DNA of 64,000 nt, taken from assembly GCA_021801265.1 (NCBI GenBank), contig JAJYYE010000012.1:24548-88547 (forward strand). The letters run 5' to 3'. The translations under genes were made by a program, and so were the position numbers. This document shows positions 30,264 to 40,312 of this stretch, piece after piece (the first letter of the stretch is position 1; every line of letters starts with the position of its first letter). Under the pieces are notes generated by a model that was not told the DNA's origin, did not search any database, and worked only from the letters and a program-made list of their open reading frames with translations. This DNA is from Pseudomonadota bacterium (lineage in GTDB: Bacteria; Pseudomonadota; Gammaproteobacteria; Halothiobacillales; Halothiobacillaceae).

Positions 30264-32722
30264 CCCAAACTCACTCCATTCCTCCCGAAAAGCCCCGCCT
30301 GATCCTTATCGGCAACGGCATGGCGGGGATTCGCACGCTGGAAGAATTACTCAAGCTCACGCCGGAGCTTTACGATATTACCGTCTTCGGTGATGAGCCC
30401 TACGCCAACTATAACCGTATCATGCTCTCACCCGTGCTGGCCGGAGAACAGACCATTCCCGACATCATGCTGAACGATGATGACTGGTATGACCGGCACG
30501 GCATTACCCTGCACAAAGGCGTGCGGGTTGAGCGTATCGATCGACTCACGCGCCAGGTAATTACCGCAGATGGCGGCAGTTTTGCCTATGATCGCGTGCT
30601 GATTGCGACCGGTTCGCGGGCGTTTATTCCGCCACTCCCGGGTGCCGATTTGCCCGGCGTAGTGGGATTTCGCAGTATTGCCGATATCGATACCATGCTG
30701 AAAAACTGCCGCGAAGATGGCCATGCCATCGTTATTGGTGGCGGGCTCCTCGGGCTGGAAGCAGCGGCTGGGCTGATTGCCCACGGTATGAATGTCACCG
30801 TACTGCACCGCAACAGCAATTTAATGGATCGCCAGCTCGACCCCGCAGCCGGTCGCTTGCTCGAAAAATCGCTCGAAGAGCGTGGCATTACCATTCGCCT
30901 CAATGCCAATACCCAAAACTTAAGTGGCGTCGATTACGTCACGGGCGTCACGCTCACCACCGGCGAAATCCTGCCCGCTGATTTGGTCGTGATGGCGGCA
31001 GGCATTCGCCCCAATATTGATGTGGCCTTAAATAGTCGCCTTTACTGTGAACAGGGCATCGTGGTGGACGATACCCTGCAAACCTACGACCCGAAAATCT
31101 ACGCGGTCGGCGAATGCGTGCAGCATCGTAAACAGTGCTACGGCCTGGTTGCGCCGTTATTTGAGCAAGCGAAAGTTTGCGCCAATCATCTCGCGCAATT
31201 CGGCATTGCCAAATACGGTGGCTCGATGACCTCAACCAAACTCAAGGTGACTGGCGTGGATGTATTTTCCGCCGGGGAAATCCACGCCGGTGAGGGCCAC
31301 GAAGAAATCGTGCTGGCCGATGCCGCGCGTGGCGTGTACAAAAAAGTCATCCTGCGCGATAACACTATTGAAGGCGCGGTGATGGTCGGCGATACGATGG
31401 ATGGCGCCTGGTATTTCCAGCTCATGCGCGATAAAACCGATGTCACTGCGCTGCGCGAGCATCTGCTGTTTGGTCAAGCGCATGTCGGTGATGCCGGCCA
31501 CGGCGCCAAGGCACGGGTCGCCAGCCTGCCGGATTCTGCTGAAATTTGCGGCTGCAACGGCGTGTGCAAAGGTGATATCGTCAAAGCCATCAATGAACAC
31601 AAACTCTTCACACTCGATGAAGTGCGTGCCCATACCAAAGCCTCGGCCTCCTGCGGTTCCTGCACGGGGCTGGTGGAAGATTTACTCGCCTCAACCCTCG
31701 GCGGTGATTACTCAGTAGCACCGTCAGTGAAATCGATGTGCGCCTGCACCGACGCGACGCATGATGACGTGCGCGCGGGTATTTATCGCCATGGATTGCA
31801 GGATATTCGCGCGATTTTTGGCCAGTTCAACTGGAAAACCGCCGATGGCTGCGCCAAATGCCGCCCCGCGCTCAATTATTACCTGCTCTGCGCTTGGCCA
31901 GAAACCTATCAAGACGACCCCCAATCACGCTTCATCAACGAGCGGGCACACGCAAATATTCAGAAAGACGGCACCTATTCGGTCATCCCACGCATTTGGG
32001 GCGGCGTGACCAGCCCATCCGAACTGCGCGCGATTGCCGATGTGGCCGAACGCTATAAAATCCCGACCGTCAAAATTACCGGTGGTCAACGGATTGATTT
32101 ATTGGGCGTGAAAAAAGAACAGCTGCCCGAAGTCTGGCGCGATTTGAGTGCCGCTGGATTTGTCTCCGGTCACGGCTACGCCAAGGCGCTACGCACGGTG
32201 AAAACCTGCGTCGGTAAAGAATGGTGTCGGTTCGGCACGCAAGATTCGACATCGCTGGGTATCCGGCTGGAACAGCGCACCTGGGGCTCGTGGATGCCGC
32301 ATAAATTCAAGATTGCCGTCTCCGGTTGCCCGCGCAACTGCGCCGAGGCCACAGTGAAAGATTTGGGCGTGGTGTGCGTTGATTCCGGCTACGAGCTCTC
32401 AGTTGGCGGCAATGCGGGCATCAAGGTGCGCGTCACCGATTTTCTGTGCAAGGTGGCTACCGAAGATGAAGTGGTCGAATACACCACCGCCTTTATTCAA
32501 CTGTATCGCGAAGAAGCGCATTACCTCGACCGCACCGCGCCGTGGATTGAGCGGGTCGGCCTGCCGTACGTGCAGCGCCGCCTGATCGAAGACCCGGTTG
32601 GTCGCACCGAACTCGCCGCCCGCTTCCGTCTCTCGCAGCAATTCAGCCAAACCGACCCCTGGGCCGAACGCGCTGCAGGCAAGGAGTCGCATGAGTTTGC
32701 CATTCCGCTGGAACTGGTTTAA
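30260..32722 (+). CDS. nirB: NAD(P)H-dependent assimilatory nitrite reductase large subunit
   Basis: 820 aa with an FAD/NAD Rossmann fold (LILIGNGMAG), a BFD-like 2Fe-2S (CGCNGVCKG), and a sirohaem/4Fe-4S domain (CVGKEWCRFG...SGCPRNCAE). Confidence 0.95.
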   Translation: MTQTHSIPPEKPRLILIGNGMAGIRTLEELLKLTPELYDITVFGDEPYANYNRIMLSPVLAGEQTIPDIMLNDDDWYDRHGITLHKGVRVERIDRLTRQVITADGGSFAYDRVLIATGSRAFIPPLPGADLPGVVGFRSIADIDTMLKNCREDGHAIVIGGGLLGLEAAAGLIAHGMNVTVLHRNSNLMDRQLDPAAGRLLEKSLEERGITIRLNANTQNLSGVDYVTGVTLTTGEILPADLVVMAAGIRPNIDVALNSRLYCEQGIVVDDTLQTYDPKIYAVGECVQHRKQCYGLVAPLFEQAKVCANHLAQFGIAKYGGSMTSTKLKVTGVDVFSAGEIHAGEGHEEIVLADAARGVYKKVILRDNTIEGAVMVGDTMDGAWYFQLMRDKTDVTALREHLLFGQAHVGDAGHGAKARVASLPDSAEICGCNGVCKGDIVKAINEHKLFTLDEVRAHTKASASCGSCTGLVEDLLASTLGGDYSVAPSVKSMCACTDATHDDVRAGIYRHGLQDIRAIFGQFNWKTADGCAKCRPALNYYLLCAWPETYQDDPQSRFINERAHANIQKDGTYSVIPRIWGGVTSPSELRAIADVAERYKIPTVKITGGQRIDLLGVKKEQLPEVWRDLSAAGFVSGHGYAKALRTVKTCVGKEWCRFGTQDSTSLGIRLEQRTWGSWMPHKFKIAVSGCPRNCAEATVKDLGVVCVDSGYELSVGGNAGIKVRVTDFLCKVATEDEVVEYTTAFIQLYREEAHYLDRTAPWIERVGLPYVQRRLIEDPVGRTELAARFRLSQQFSQTDPWAERAAGKESHEFAIPLELV

Positions 32723-32757
32723 CGGCGTCGATTTGAACAATACGTAAAGGAATTTTT

Positions 32758-33126
32758 ATGAACAGCACCTTAAAAAGCGCCTGGTACACCATCGGCCAAC
32801 TCACCGATATCCCTCGCCTCGGCGCAAAAGTGGTGACCTTTCACGGCCAGCCCATCGCGGTGTTTCGCACCCAAACCGATGACGTGTTTGCGCTCAATGA
32901 TCTGTGCCCGCATAAAGGCGGGCCGCTATCGCAAGGCATTGTGCACGATCATAAAGTCACCTGCCCATTACACGGCTGGGTGATCGAACTCGATAGCGGC
33001 TCGGCCACCGCCCCGGATGAGGGTTGTAGCCACACCTATCCCGTACGTGTCACGGCGGGCAAAATCGAGATTGAAATTCAGAACATGGCCGTCATTGAGC
33101 CTAATACCGAAACGCTCAGCACATGA
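32758..33126 (+). CDS. nirD: Nitrite reductase small subunit (Rieske-like)
   Basis: 122 aa with CPHKGGPLSQG...CPLHGW. Confidence 0.9.
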   Translation: MNSTLKSAWYTIGQLTDIPRLGAKVVTFHGQPIAVFRTQTDDVFALNDLCPHKGGPLSQGIVHDHKVTCPLHGWVIELDSGSATAPDEGCSHTYPVRVTAGKIEIEIQNMAVIEPNTETLST

Positions 33127-35876
33127 ACAGCACCAGCCAGACTATTAGCCAGGCCACCGTTAAAACCACCTGTCCCTACTGCGGCGTGGGTTGTGGCGTG
33201 CTGGCTGAACAGAATGGCCAAGGTCACTGGTCGGTGCGCGGTGATCCGGAACATCCCGCCAATTTTGGCCGGCTATGCTCCAAAGGCGCGGCGCTGGCCG
33301 AAACAATTGATTTACCCCACCGCCTTACCGAACCGCAGGTTCGCCAGACTGATGGTCAGCTTGCCGCCGTGAGCTGGGATTTGGCGCTCAACACAATCGC
33401 CGCCGGTTTTCGCGCCGCCATCGACGAATTCGGTCCGGAATCGGTCGGTATTTATGTTTCGGGGCAAATTCTGACCGAAGACTATTATGTCGCCAACAAG
33501 CTGATGAAAGGCTTTATCGGCGCGGCCAATATCGACACCAATTCGCGGCTGTGCATGTCTTCCGCCGTGGCCGCCTATAACCGCGCGTTTGGCTCCGACA
33601 CGGTGCCCGTATCCTATGAAGATTTGGAAAATGCGGATCTTGTGGTGTTGGTCGGTTCCAACACGGCTTATGCCCATCCGGTGATCTTCCAGCGCCTCGT
33701 GGCTGCAAAAGAGCGCCGCCCCGAGATGAAATTTGTGGTGATCGACCCGCGCCGCACCGCAACCTGCGATATTGCCGATTTGCATCTGCCACTCGCGCCT
33801 GGTGCTGATGCGCTGCTGTTTAATGGCTTGCTGGTTGCCTTGGCCGATGCCGACAAAATCAATCAGGCTTTTTTGGCCGATTCAGTGGATGGCTTTGAAG
33901 AAACGCTGGCTACCGCTCGCACTGATGCGCCGGATATCGACACACTGGCACAGCGGTGTGGGCTGAAGAAAAGCGATTTAGAACAGTTTTTTAATTGGTT
34001 TATCGCTACTGAGCGTACCGTTTCGCTCTGGTCGCAGGGCATGAATCAATCCGCCACGGGCACTGACAAGGGCAATGCGCTGATTAATTGCCACCTCGCC
34101 ACGGGGCGTATCGGCAAGCCCGCGATGGGGCCGTTTTCCATCACCGGCCAACCCAATGCCATGGGCGGGCGCGAGGTGGGCGGGCTGGCGAACCAACTCG
34201 CCGCGCATCAAGGCTTTACGCCGGAGGCCATCGACCGCGTGAGTCGTTTTTGGGGTAGCGATCGGGTTGCCCAAAAACCCGGCCTCAAGGCGGTGGATTT
34301 ATTTGCAGCGGCGGGTTCCGGCAAAATCAAGGCGCTGTGGATTATTGCCACCAATCCGGTATTTAGCCTGCCCGATAGCCACGCCGTGCGCGCCGCCTTG
34401 GCAACCTGCCCGCTGGTTGTGCTCTCGGAATGTGTGGACAACACCGATACCGCCGCCTTTGCCGATGTGCTGCTGCCCGCCACCACCTGGGGCGAGCGCA
34501 ATGGCACGGTCACCAATTCGGAACGCCGTATTACCCGCCAACTGCCCTTCATTCGGCCACCCGCTCAAGCACGGCATGATTGGTGGGTTGTGTGTGAGGT
34601 CGCCAAGCGGCTGAGCTTCGACGATGGATTCAACTTCCCCAATACCGCCGCAATTTTCCGCGAATATGCCGCAATGACCGGCTTTGAAAACAACGGCAGC
34701 CGCGATCTCGATCTTTCCGCCTTCGCCACATTCAGCGATGCCGAGTACGATGCCCTGCCGCCCACGCGTTGGCCGCAACCAGCCAACCAGCAAGCAAAAG
34801 AACCCTTTGCCGATGGCCGATTTTTTACCCCGAATCGGCGCGCGCGGATGATCGCGGTACGTGCCCAAGGCCCGACATCTGCGCTGACACCCACCTATCC
34901 GTTGCGCCTGAATAATGGCCGTCTGCGCGACCAATGGCATGGTATGAGCCGCACCGGTGCCGTGCCGAAACTCCTGAATCATGCCAGCGAACCGACGGTG
35001 AGCGTGCATCCGCAGGATGCGGCGCGATTCAGGCTACGCGGCCACCAGATTGCCCGCATCGGCAACGCCAACGGTACCGCTTTAGCGCGTGTTCATCTGG
35101 ATGACAACCAACGGCCTGGATCGCTGTTTATGCCCATGCATTGGAGTCAGGCGTTCAGTCAGCATGGGCTCGTCAACGCCCTGACTGATGCCCAGACCGA
35201 CCCGGTTTCTGGCCAACCCGAGTTTAAAACCCAGGCTGTTTGGGCTGAACCCTATCCGGCCAAATGGTATGGCTTTGCGCTCATTAGCCAGCGGCTGACC
35301 GTGCCCTCGTTAGCGCAATTTTCAGGTGGCTATGCCGTGCTTATCCCCGGCGATGGCGTGGTGCGGATTGAATTGGCGGGCATTGACGCGCCCGAGGACT
35401 GGCTTGGTTGGGCCAAGCGGCAGTTAGGTACTTTAGATGCCCGTAACACCGTACCCCAAGGATTTGAACAGGGGGAAACCGCACACTGGATTGAATTTGC
35501 CGACCCCGCCAACGGCCGATTCCGTATCGCCCAAATTCATGCGGGGCAGCTGGATTGGGTGCTGCACATCACAGCCGACAGTCGTGCGGTCGATACCCAA
35601 TGGCTCGCCGGATTATTCCGCGAAACCGAACTCAGCACCCTGCAGTTGGCCGATGTGATGGCCGGAAAACCCGCAGGCGCACAGACCGATGTGGGACCAA
35701 TCATCTGCGCCTGCTTCAGCATTGGCCGCAACACCCTGCTGGACGCGATGGCCGAGCACCCCATCCCCGATGTCAAAACCTTGGGTGCCTGCACACAAGC
35801 CGGTACCAACTGTGGTTCTTGCATCCCGGAACTCAAAGCCCTACTGGCGCACTCTGCGCTGGTGGCCACACCGTAA
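33123..35876 (+). CDS. nasC: Assimilatory nitrate reductase catalytic subunit (molybdopterin; C-terminal BFD-like 2Fe-2S)
   Basis: N-terminal CPYCGVGCGV 4Fe-4S motif, molybdopterin oxidoreductase body, C-terminal ICACFSIG...GTNCGSCIPELK. Confidence 0.9.
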   Translation: MNSTSQTISQATVKTTCPYCGVGCGVLAEQNGQGHWSVRGDPEHPANFGRLCSKGAALAETIDLPHRLTEPQVRQTDGQLAAVSWDLALNTIAAGFRAAIDEFGPESVGIYVSGQILTEDYYVANKLMKGFIGAANIDTNSRLCMSSAVAAYNRAFGSDTVPVSYEDLENADLVVLVGSNTAYAHPVIFQRLVAAKERRPEMKFVVIDPRRTATCDIADLHLPLAPGADALLFNGLLVALADADKINQAFLADSVDGFEETLATARTDAPDIDTLAQRCGLKKSDLEQFFNWFIATERTVSLWSQGMNQSATGTDKGNALINCHLATGRIGKPAMGPFSITGQPNAMGGREVGGLANQLAAHQGFTPEAIDRVSRFWGSDRVAQKPGLKAVDLFAAAGSGKIKALWIIATNPVFSLPDSHAVRAALATCPLVVLSECVDNTDTAAFADVLLPATTWGERNGTVTNSERRITRQLPFIRPPAQARHDWWVVCEVAKRLSFDDGFNFPNTAAIFREYAAMTGFENNGSRDLDLSAFATFSDAEYDALPPTRWPQPANQQAKEPFADGRFFTPNRRARMIAVRAQGPTSALTPTYPLRLNNGRLRDQWHGMSRTGAVPKLLNHASEPTVSVHPQDAARFRLRGHQIARIGNANGTALARVHLDDNQRPGSLFMPMHWSQAFSQHGLVNALTDAQTDPVSGQPEFKTQAVWAEPYPAKWYGFALISQRLTVPSLAQFSGGYAVLIPGDGVVRIELAGIDAPEDWLGWAKRQLGTLDARNTVPQGFEQGETAHWIEFADPANGRFRIAQIHAGQLDWVLHITADSRAVDTQWLAGLFRETELSTLQLADVMAGKPAGAQTDVGPIICACFSIGRNTLLDAMAEHPIPDVKTLGACTQAGTNCGSCIPELKALLAHSALVATP

Positions 35877-35888
35877 GAGGAAACAATC

Positions 35889-37337
35889 ATGCGTTACCTG
35901 CCCATTTTTCTCGATGTACAGAACAAGCGTTGCGCGCTGATTGGCGGCGGTGAGATTGCCGCCCGCAAACTCGCTTGGCTACAAGCGGCAGGCGCTTCAG
36001 TGCGGATTGTCGCGCCCCAACTCGATGCCGAAGTCGCGGCCAAAATCAACGGCGACACCGTGCAGTATGTAGCCGAAACCTTCCGCCCAGAACACGTGGA
36101 TGGCTGCCTGCTCGTGGTGGCTGCCACCGACAATGCGGCAGTGAACATCGCCGTGGCCGACGCCGCGCGTGCGCGCCATCTGCCGGTGAATGTGGTCGAT
36201 GATCCCGCACGGTGCAGCTTTATCGTGCCCGCCATTATCGACCGTGAACCGATGACGATTGCCGTTTCCTCCAGTGGCACCAGTCCCGTGTTGGCACGCT
36301 GGGTGCGTTCGCGGATTGAATCACTCATCCCCTCATCGATTGGTCGATTAGCGGCATTTTTCGGTGCCCGACGCCAACATGTGGAAGCGCAATTGCCTGA
36401 AATCGGCAGTCGGCGGCGCTTCTGGGAGCAGTTGCTCAATACCGATATTCCCTTTGCCATCAGCCAAGGGCGGGAACGCGATGCCGATACCTATTTTGAG
36501 CAGGCACTGAATGAGCAGGCCAATGCACCCAAAACCGGCAAGGTATACCTCATCGGGGCAGGACCCGGCGATCCGGATTTACTCACCTTCCGCGCGCTGC
36601 AACGCCTGCAACAAGCCGATGTGGTGGTGTATGACCGCCTTGTTGCACCCGCCATTGTCGAATTGGCGCGACGTGATGCCACCCGCATGTATGTGGGCAA
36701 GTGCCGCGACGCACATAGCGTGCCACAGGAAGAAATTTCCCAGCGTCTGGTTGAGTTGGCGCAGGCAGGCAAAATTGTGGCGCGCCTCAAAGGCGGTGAC
36801 CCGTTTATTTTCGGGCGTGGCGGCGAAGAAATTCAGGCACTCGCCGCCGCCGGATTGCCCTATGAAGTAGTGCCAGGCATCACCGCCGCCAGCGGTTGCG
36901 CGGCCTATGCGGGCATTCCACTCACCCACCGCGATTACGCTCAGTCGGTGCGGTTTATTACCGGTCACACCAAGGACGGCATACTCAATCTCGATTGGGC
37001 ACACCTCGCCGCCAGCACCGACACCATGGTGTTTTACATGGGTTTGGGGGCTTCCCAAGAGATTTGCGCGCAGTTAATCACCCACGGCCTGCCTGCCGAT
37101 CACCCTGCAGGCCTGATCGAGCACGGCACCACCGCCCGTCAGCGGGTATACACCGGCACGCTCGCCACCCTGCCCGACCTCATTCGGCGCGCGCAATCGC
37201 CCGCGTTGTTGATTGTGGGCGAAGTCGTCAATTTGCATGAATCGCTGGCCTGGTTCGAGGGTTCCGCCGAGGCATCCGCCGCCTTCACGCCCCCGGTGGT
37301 CAAAAGCGATGCGGCCACGCTGCGGAGCGCGGCATGA
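35889..37337 (+). CDS. cysG: Sirohaem synthase (multifunctional CysG)
   Basis: N-terminal precorrin-2 dehydrogenase/ferrochelatase (LPIFLDVQNKRCALIGGGEIAARK) plus C-terminal SUMT (VYLIGAGPGDPDLLT...GKIVARLKGGDPFIFGRGGEE). Confidence 0.9.
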   Translation: MRYLPIFLDVQNKRCALIGGGEIAARKLAWLQAAGASVRIVAPQLDAEVAAKINGDTVQYVAETFRPEHVDGCLLVVAATDNAAVNIAVADAARARHLPVNVVDDPARCSFIVPAIIDREPMTIAVSSSGTSPVLARWVRSRIESLIPSSIGRLAAFFGARRQHVEAQLPEIGSRRRFWEQLLNTDIPFAISQGRERDADTYFEQALNEQANAPKTGKVYLIGAGPGDPDLLTFRALQRLQQADVVVYDRLVAPAIVELARRDATRMYVGKCRDAHSVPQEEISQRLVELAQAGKIVARLKGGDPFIFGRGGEEIQALAAAGLPYEVVPGITAASGCAAYAGIPLTHRDYAQSVRFITGHTKDGILNLDWAHLAASTDTMVFYMGLGASQEICAQLITHGLPADHPAGLIEHGTTARQRVYTGTLATLPDLIRRAQSPALLIVGEVVNLHESLAWFEGSAEASAAFTPPVVKSDAATLRSAA

Positions 37338-38239
37338 ACACACCCGCTGCCCCCCCAATTCGCGCCGATTTATCAACCGAATTACCACAGGTCTTTGCGG
37401 CGCGGCGCATTGCCCTGCCAGAATCGCGCCAGCTCGATGTATTGGCCGGATTGTTCGAGCGCCGCGGCGCCACCGTACTGCGCTGCCCGCTGGTCAGCAT
37501 TCATGACAGCCCCAATCAAACCACCGTGAGAATTTGGCTCGATACCTTCATCCACGATGCCGCCATCACGGATTTGATACTGCTTACCGGCGAAGGCATC
37601 ACCCGCTTGGTCGCCGCCGCCGAACGTTTTAATATCAAGGAAGAATTTCTGAGACGGTTGAAATCGGTACGGCTGATTGTACGCGGCCCCAAACCGGGGC
37701 GGGCGTTAAAGGTTTGGGATATTCACCCCGCAATTCAGGCCGAAACCCCCACCACGCAAGGCATTATTTCCACCCTGCGCACGCTGCCCACTCTGGGGCC
37801 GCGCATCGGCGTGGTGTTGTATGGCACCGAGCCGAATCGTCCCTTAATCGAAGCCATTACCGAACTGGGCGCAGTGCCCGTCACGGTCGCGCCCTATATC
37901 TACGCCAGTGATTCGGAAACTACCGTAGTCAGTTATTTGATCGAGGAAATGGCCGCTGGTCGGATTGATGTGCTGGCCTTCACCAGTCAACCACAATTCA
38001 AGCGGTTGGCAACGGTGGCCGAGAAAACCGGCCAAACGGATGCGCTCATCAGCGGAATGCAAAAAACCCGCATTGCCGCGATTGGCCCGGTGATGGCTGA
38101 TTATCTGCGTGAACAGGGTGTACGCGTCGATGTGATGCCCGAGGGCCGTTTTTTCATGCGGCCGTTAGTCGATGCCTTGGCCAGCTCATTGGCTGACAAG
38201 CCGACCCAACCGGTTCAAGGTCCCAACCAAGTACGATAG
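37334..38239 (+). CDS. Uroporphyrinogen-III synthase (HemD) family protein
   Basis: HemD-like two-lobe pattern (LTGEGITRLV...FTSQPQFKRL). ATGA overlap with the cysG stop. Confidence 0.6.
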   Translation: MNTPAAPPIRADLSTELPQVFAARRIALPESRQLDVLAGLFERRGATVLRCPLVSIHDSPNQTTVRIWLDTFIHDAAITDLILLTGEGITRLVAAAERFNIKEEFLRRLKSVRLIVRGPKPGRALKVWDIHPAIQAETPTTQGIISTLRTLPTLGPRIGVVLYGTEPNRPLIEAITELGAVPVTVAPYIYASDSETTVVSYLIEEMAAGRIDVLAFTSQPQFKRLATVAEKTGQTDALISGMQKTRIAAIGPVMADYLREQGVRVDVMPEGRFFMRPLVDALASSLADKPTQPVQGPNQVR

Positions 38240-38462
38240 TGCAAGGCTCAAGCCTTCGAAGAAACGTATTGAAGTGAATATCCTCGACCCAATACGGCAC
38301 TGGATGAAAAGAAAGCACGCAATTATCGAGATCTGGCCTAATATTTGCGTTAATGGAAACAAGGCGGTCATTAAGAGACTCCTTAAGGAACCCAATCCGA
38401 TTGGCCCCGTATTCCACCTTTTGACCACATTCCTGGAATGCCCGGTAGTGATAAAAAATCAG

Positions 38463-39245
38463 ATGTCAGAACAAGTCAACCCCAAAGCCCCAACACACAC
38501 ACACAGAATATCGGCTTATCCCCGCGTCTTTGGCTTGGCCGTGTTGATTTGCAGCGGCTGGGCTGCGGGTGGAATACCCACCGTATGGGCCGATGGCCCT
38601 ACAACGGCACACGCTGAATTTCAAAGCGTGCAATCCATTGAATCAGCGATACAAGGTTTTTTAAAACAACAGGTTGCCATCGGAACAAATACCCAATTCC
38701 AGGTCGGCACACTCGATCCTCGTTTACAACTCAAACCCTGCGATCAGTCGCTACAAGTCCAGACGAATAACGCAAGCATCCCGCACGGCGGGCGCATGAC
38801 GGTTCAAGTGGCTTGCACGGGCGCGAACCCTTGGCGTATCTTTGTCCCAGTCAAAATCATGACACTCGTCACGGTGCTCAGCCTTGCACGACCCCTAGCG
38901 CCAGGTGCACAAATTACGGCTCAAGATTTAAGCTCATTGGTCGTTAACGCCAATCAACAAACCAGCGCGTATCTGGTCAACCCTGCGGATGCGATTGGTC
39001 AAGTGGTGACCCGTCCCATGCAGGCCGGACAAATTTTGACGCAACAAGATTTAAATGCCGCCCAGGTGATTAAACGCGGGGATCATGTCACCCTCATCGC
39101 AGGCGAAGACGGCGTCAGCGTTTCTGCCGAAGGCATTGCCCAAGACTCAGCGGGGATTGGACAACGCGTGCTGGTCAAAAATAGCCGTTCTGGAGCACAG
39201 GTTGAAGGCATTGTGCGTGATGCCCATACTGTCGTCATTCGGTAA
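38463..39245 (+). CDS. flgA: Flagellar basal-body P-ring formation chaperone FlgA
   Basis: C-terminal SAF/FlgA pattern (VVTRPMQAGQILTQQDL...IKRGDHVTLIA...GIGQRVLVKNSRSGAQVEGIV). The start was moved to MSEQ before the signal-like segment. Confidence 0.8.
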   Translation: MSEQVNPKAPTHTHRISAYPRVFGLAVLICSGWAAGGIPTVWADGPTTAHAEFQSVQSIESAIQGFLKQQVAIGTNTQFQVGTLDPRLQLKPCDQSLQVQTNNASIPHGGRMTVQVACTGANPWRIFVPVKIMTLVTVLSLARPLAPGAQITAQDLSSLVVNANQQTSAYLVNPADAIGQVVTRPMQAGQILTQQDLNAAQVIKRGDHVTLIAGEDGVSVSAEGIAQDSAGIGQRVLVKNSRSGAQVEGIVRDAHTVVIR

Positions 39246-39261
39246 TTTTTTGCTTTTTCGT

Positions 39262-39288
39262 TAAAGTTTGTGTATTTACTGCCGATAG
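39262..39288 (+). promoter_or_regulatory. FliA (sigma28) class-3 promoter upstream of flgM
   Basis: TAAAGTTT-N11-GCCGATAG against the consensus TAAAGTTT-N11-GCCGATAA. Confidence 0.8.
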
Positions 39289-39375
39289 AATTGGCAAACG
39301 TGGATACAAAGCGCGGGTTTATTGAGGATATCTCACTGACTTGTGTTTTACCCCCCCATTCCAAGAGAGAAAATC

Positions 39376-39702
39376 ATGAGCACAATCAACGGATTTAGCG
39401 GTAAAAACGGGTATGGCAACCCGGCAATAGAAAACCGTAGCGCGGCAAAGCCTGGCTCATCAGCTGAAGCAAGTGCCGCGGAATCATCCATTGAGGATTC
39501 GGCGGTCAATTTATCGTCCGGTGCGACCACAATGCAAAAGCTGACTCAATCCCTAGCCAGCACGCCGTCGTTCGATCAAGCAAAGGTTGATCGCATCAAA
39601 GCCCTAATTGCCGATAGGCAATACACGGTGGATCCCGCAAAAATCGCGGCTAAATTCATGAGCATCGAACCCCAAACACGCACCAATTCAGTCCATCCTT
39701 AG
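39376..39702 (+). CDS. flgM: Anti-sigma-28 factor FlgM
   Basis: ~108 aa, Ser/Ala-rich and disordered, with a C-terminal FDQAKVDRIKALIADRQYTVDPAKIAAKFM. Confidence 0.85.
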   Translation: MSTINGFSGKNGYGNPAIENRSAAKPGSSAEASAAESSIEDSAVNLSSGATTMQKLTQSLASTPSFDQAKVDRIKALIADRQYTVDPAKIAAKFMSIEPQTRTNSVHP

Positions 39703-39719
39703 CGGTTTATAGGGGAAAA

Positions 39720-40205
39720 ATGACATCACCCACGCACAAGATGCTGGATCGTTTAACCCAAGCGGTTAATGAGTTAATGGCATCCCATCGCGCCTTGGCT
39801 CAATTGTTGGTTCAGCCAGATCAGCCCGAATCGGGACACGCGCTGGATGAGATCGTCACCGCGATTCGGCTGGGAAATGCCCGACTGGAAGCAGCAGAGC
39901 AACAGCGGCACGCCTGGCTTGCGCAACAAACCCAGCCGACCAATATGCAGCAAGCGCTGGCAGATGCGGATCAACATGAACACAGCCAATATTTAGTGGC
40001 ATGGCGACGGCTGCAACCCCCTATCGAGTCGCTCAGCACACTCATGCAGCAACATCACATGATCCTCGGACGTTTAGGATTTTTTATTCAAGAGCGCGTC
40101 AATATTTTGACGAACACGCCGGATACACTGGATACGGCGGTGTATGCCGCCACCGGAAAACCCGAGCACACGACCGATCGTCGCCGCTCACTGGGAGATG
40201 CTTAA
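39720..40205 (+). CDS. flgN: Flagellar export chaperone FlgN (probable)
   Basis: 161-aa helical protein directly after flgM, with a Gln/Leu-rich FlgN-like composition. Confidence 0.6.
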   Translation: MTSPTHKMLDRLTQAVNELMASHRALAQLLVQPDQPESGHALDEIVTAIRLGNARLEAAEQQRHAWLAQQTQPTNMQQALADADQHEHSQYLVAWRRLQPPIESLSTLMQQHHMILGRLGFFIQERVNILTNTPDTLDTAVYAATGKPEHTTDRRRSLGDA

Positions 40206-40312
40206 CAGGCTCAAAAATTAGCGAAAAACCGGAATTTATATCGCGCAAATGAGGGTTCTAAGATCATTTTCAATACCGTATTGCCGGGTGCAATCGTTTT
40301 TTCAGTAGCCTG

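Noticed and set aside
38172-38462. N-terminal 97-aa extension of the flgA ORF, which overlaps the hemD-like gene's 3' end
   Set aside because: The extension has no FlgA similarity and overlaps the preceding gene. The internal ATG at 38463 precedes the signal-like hydrophobic segment.
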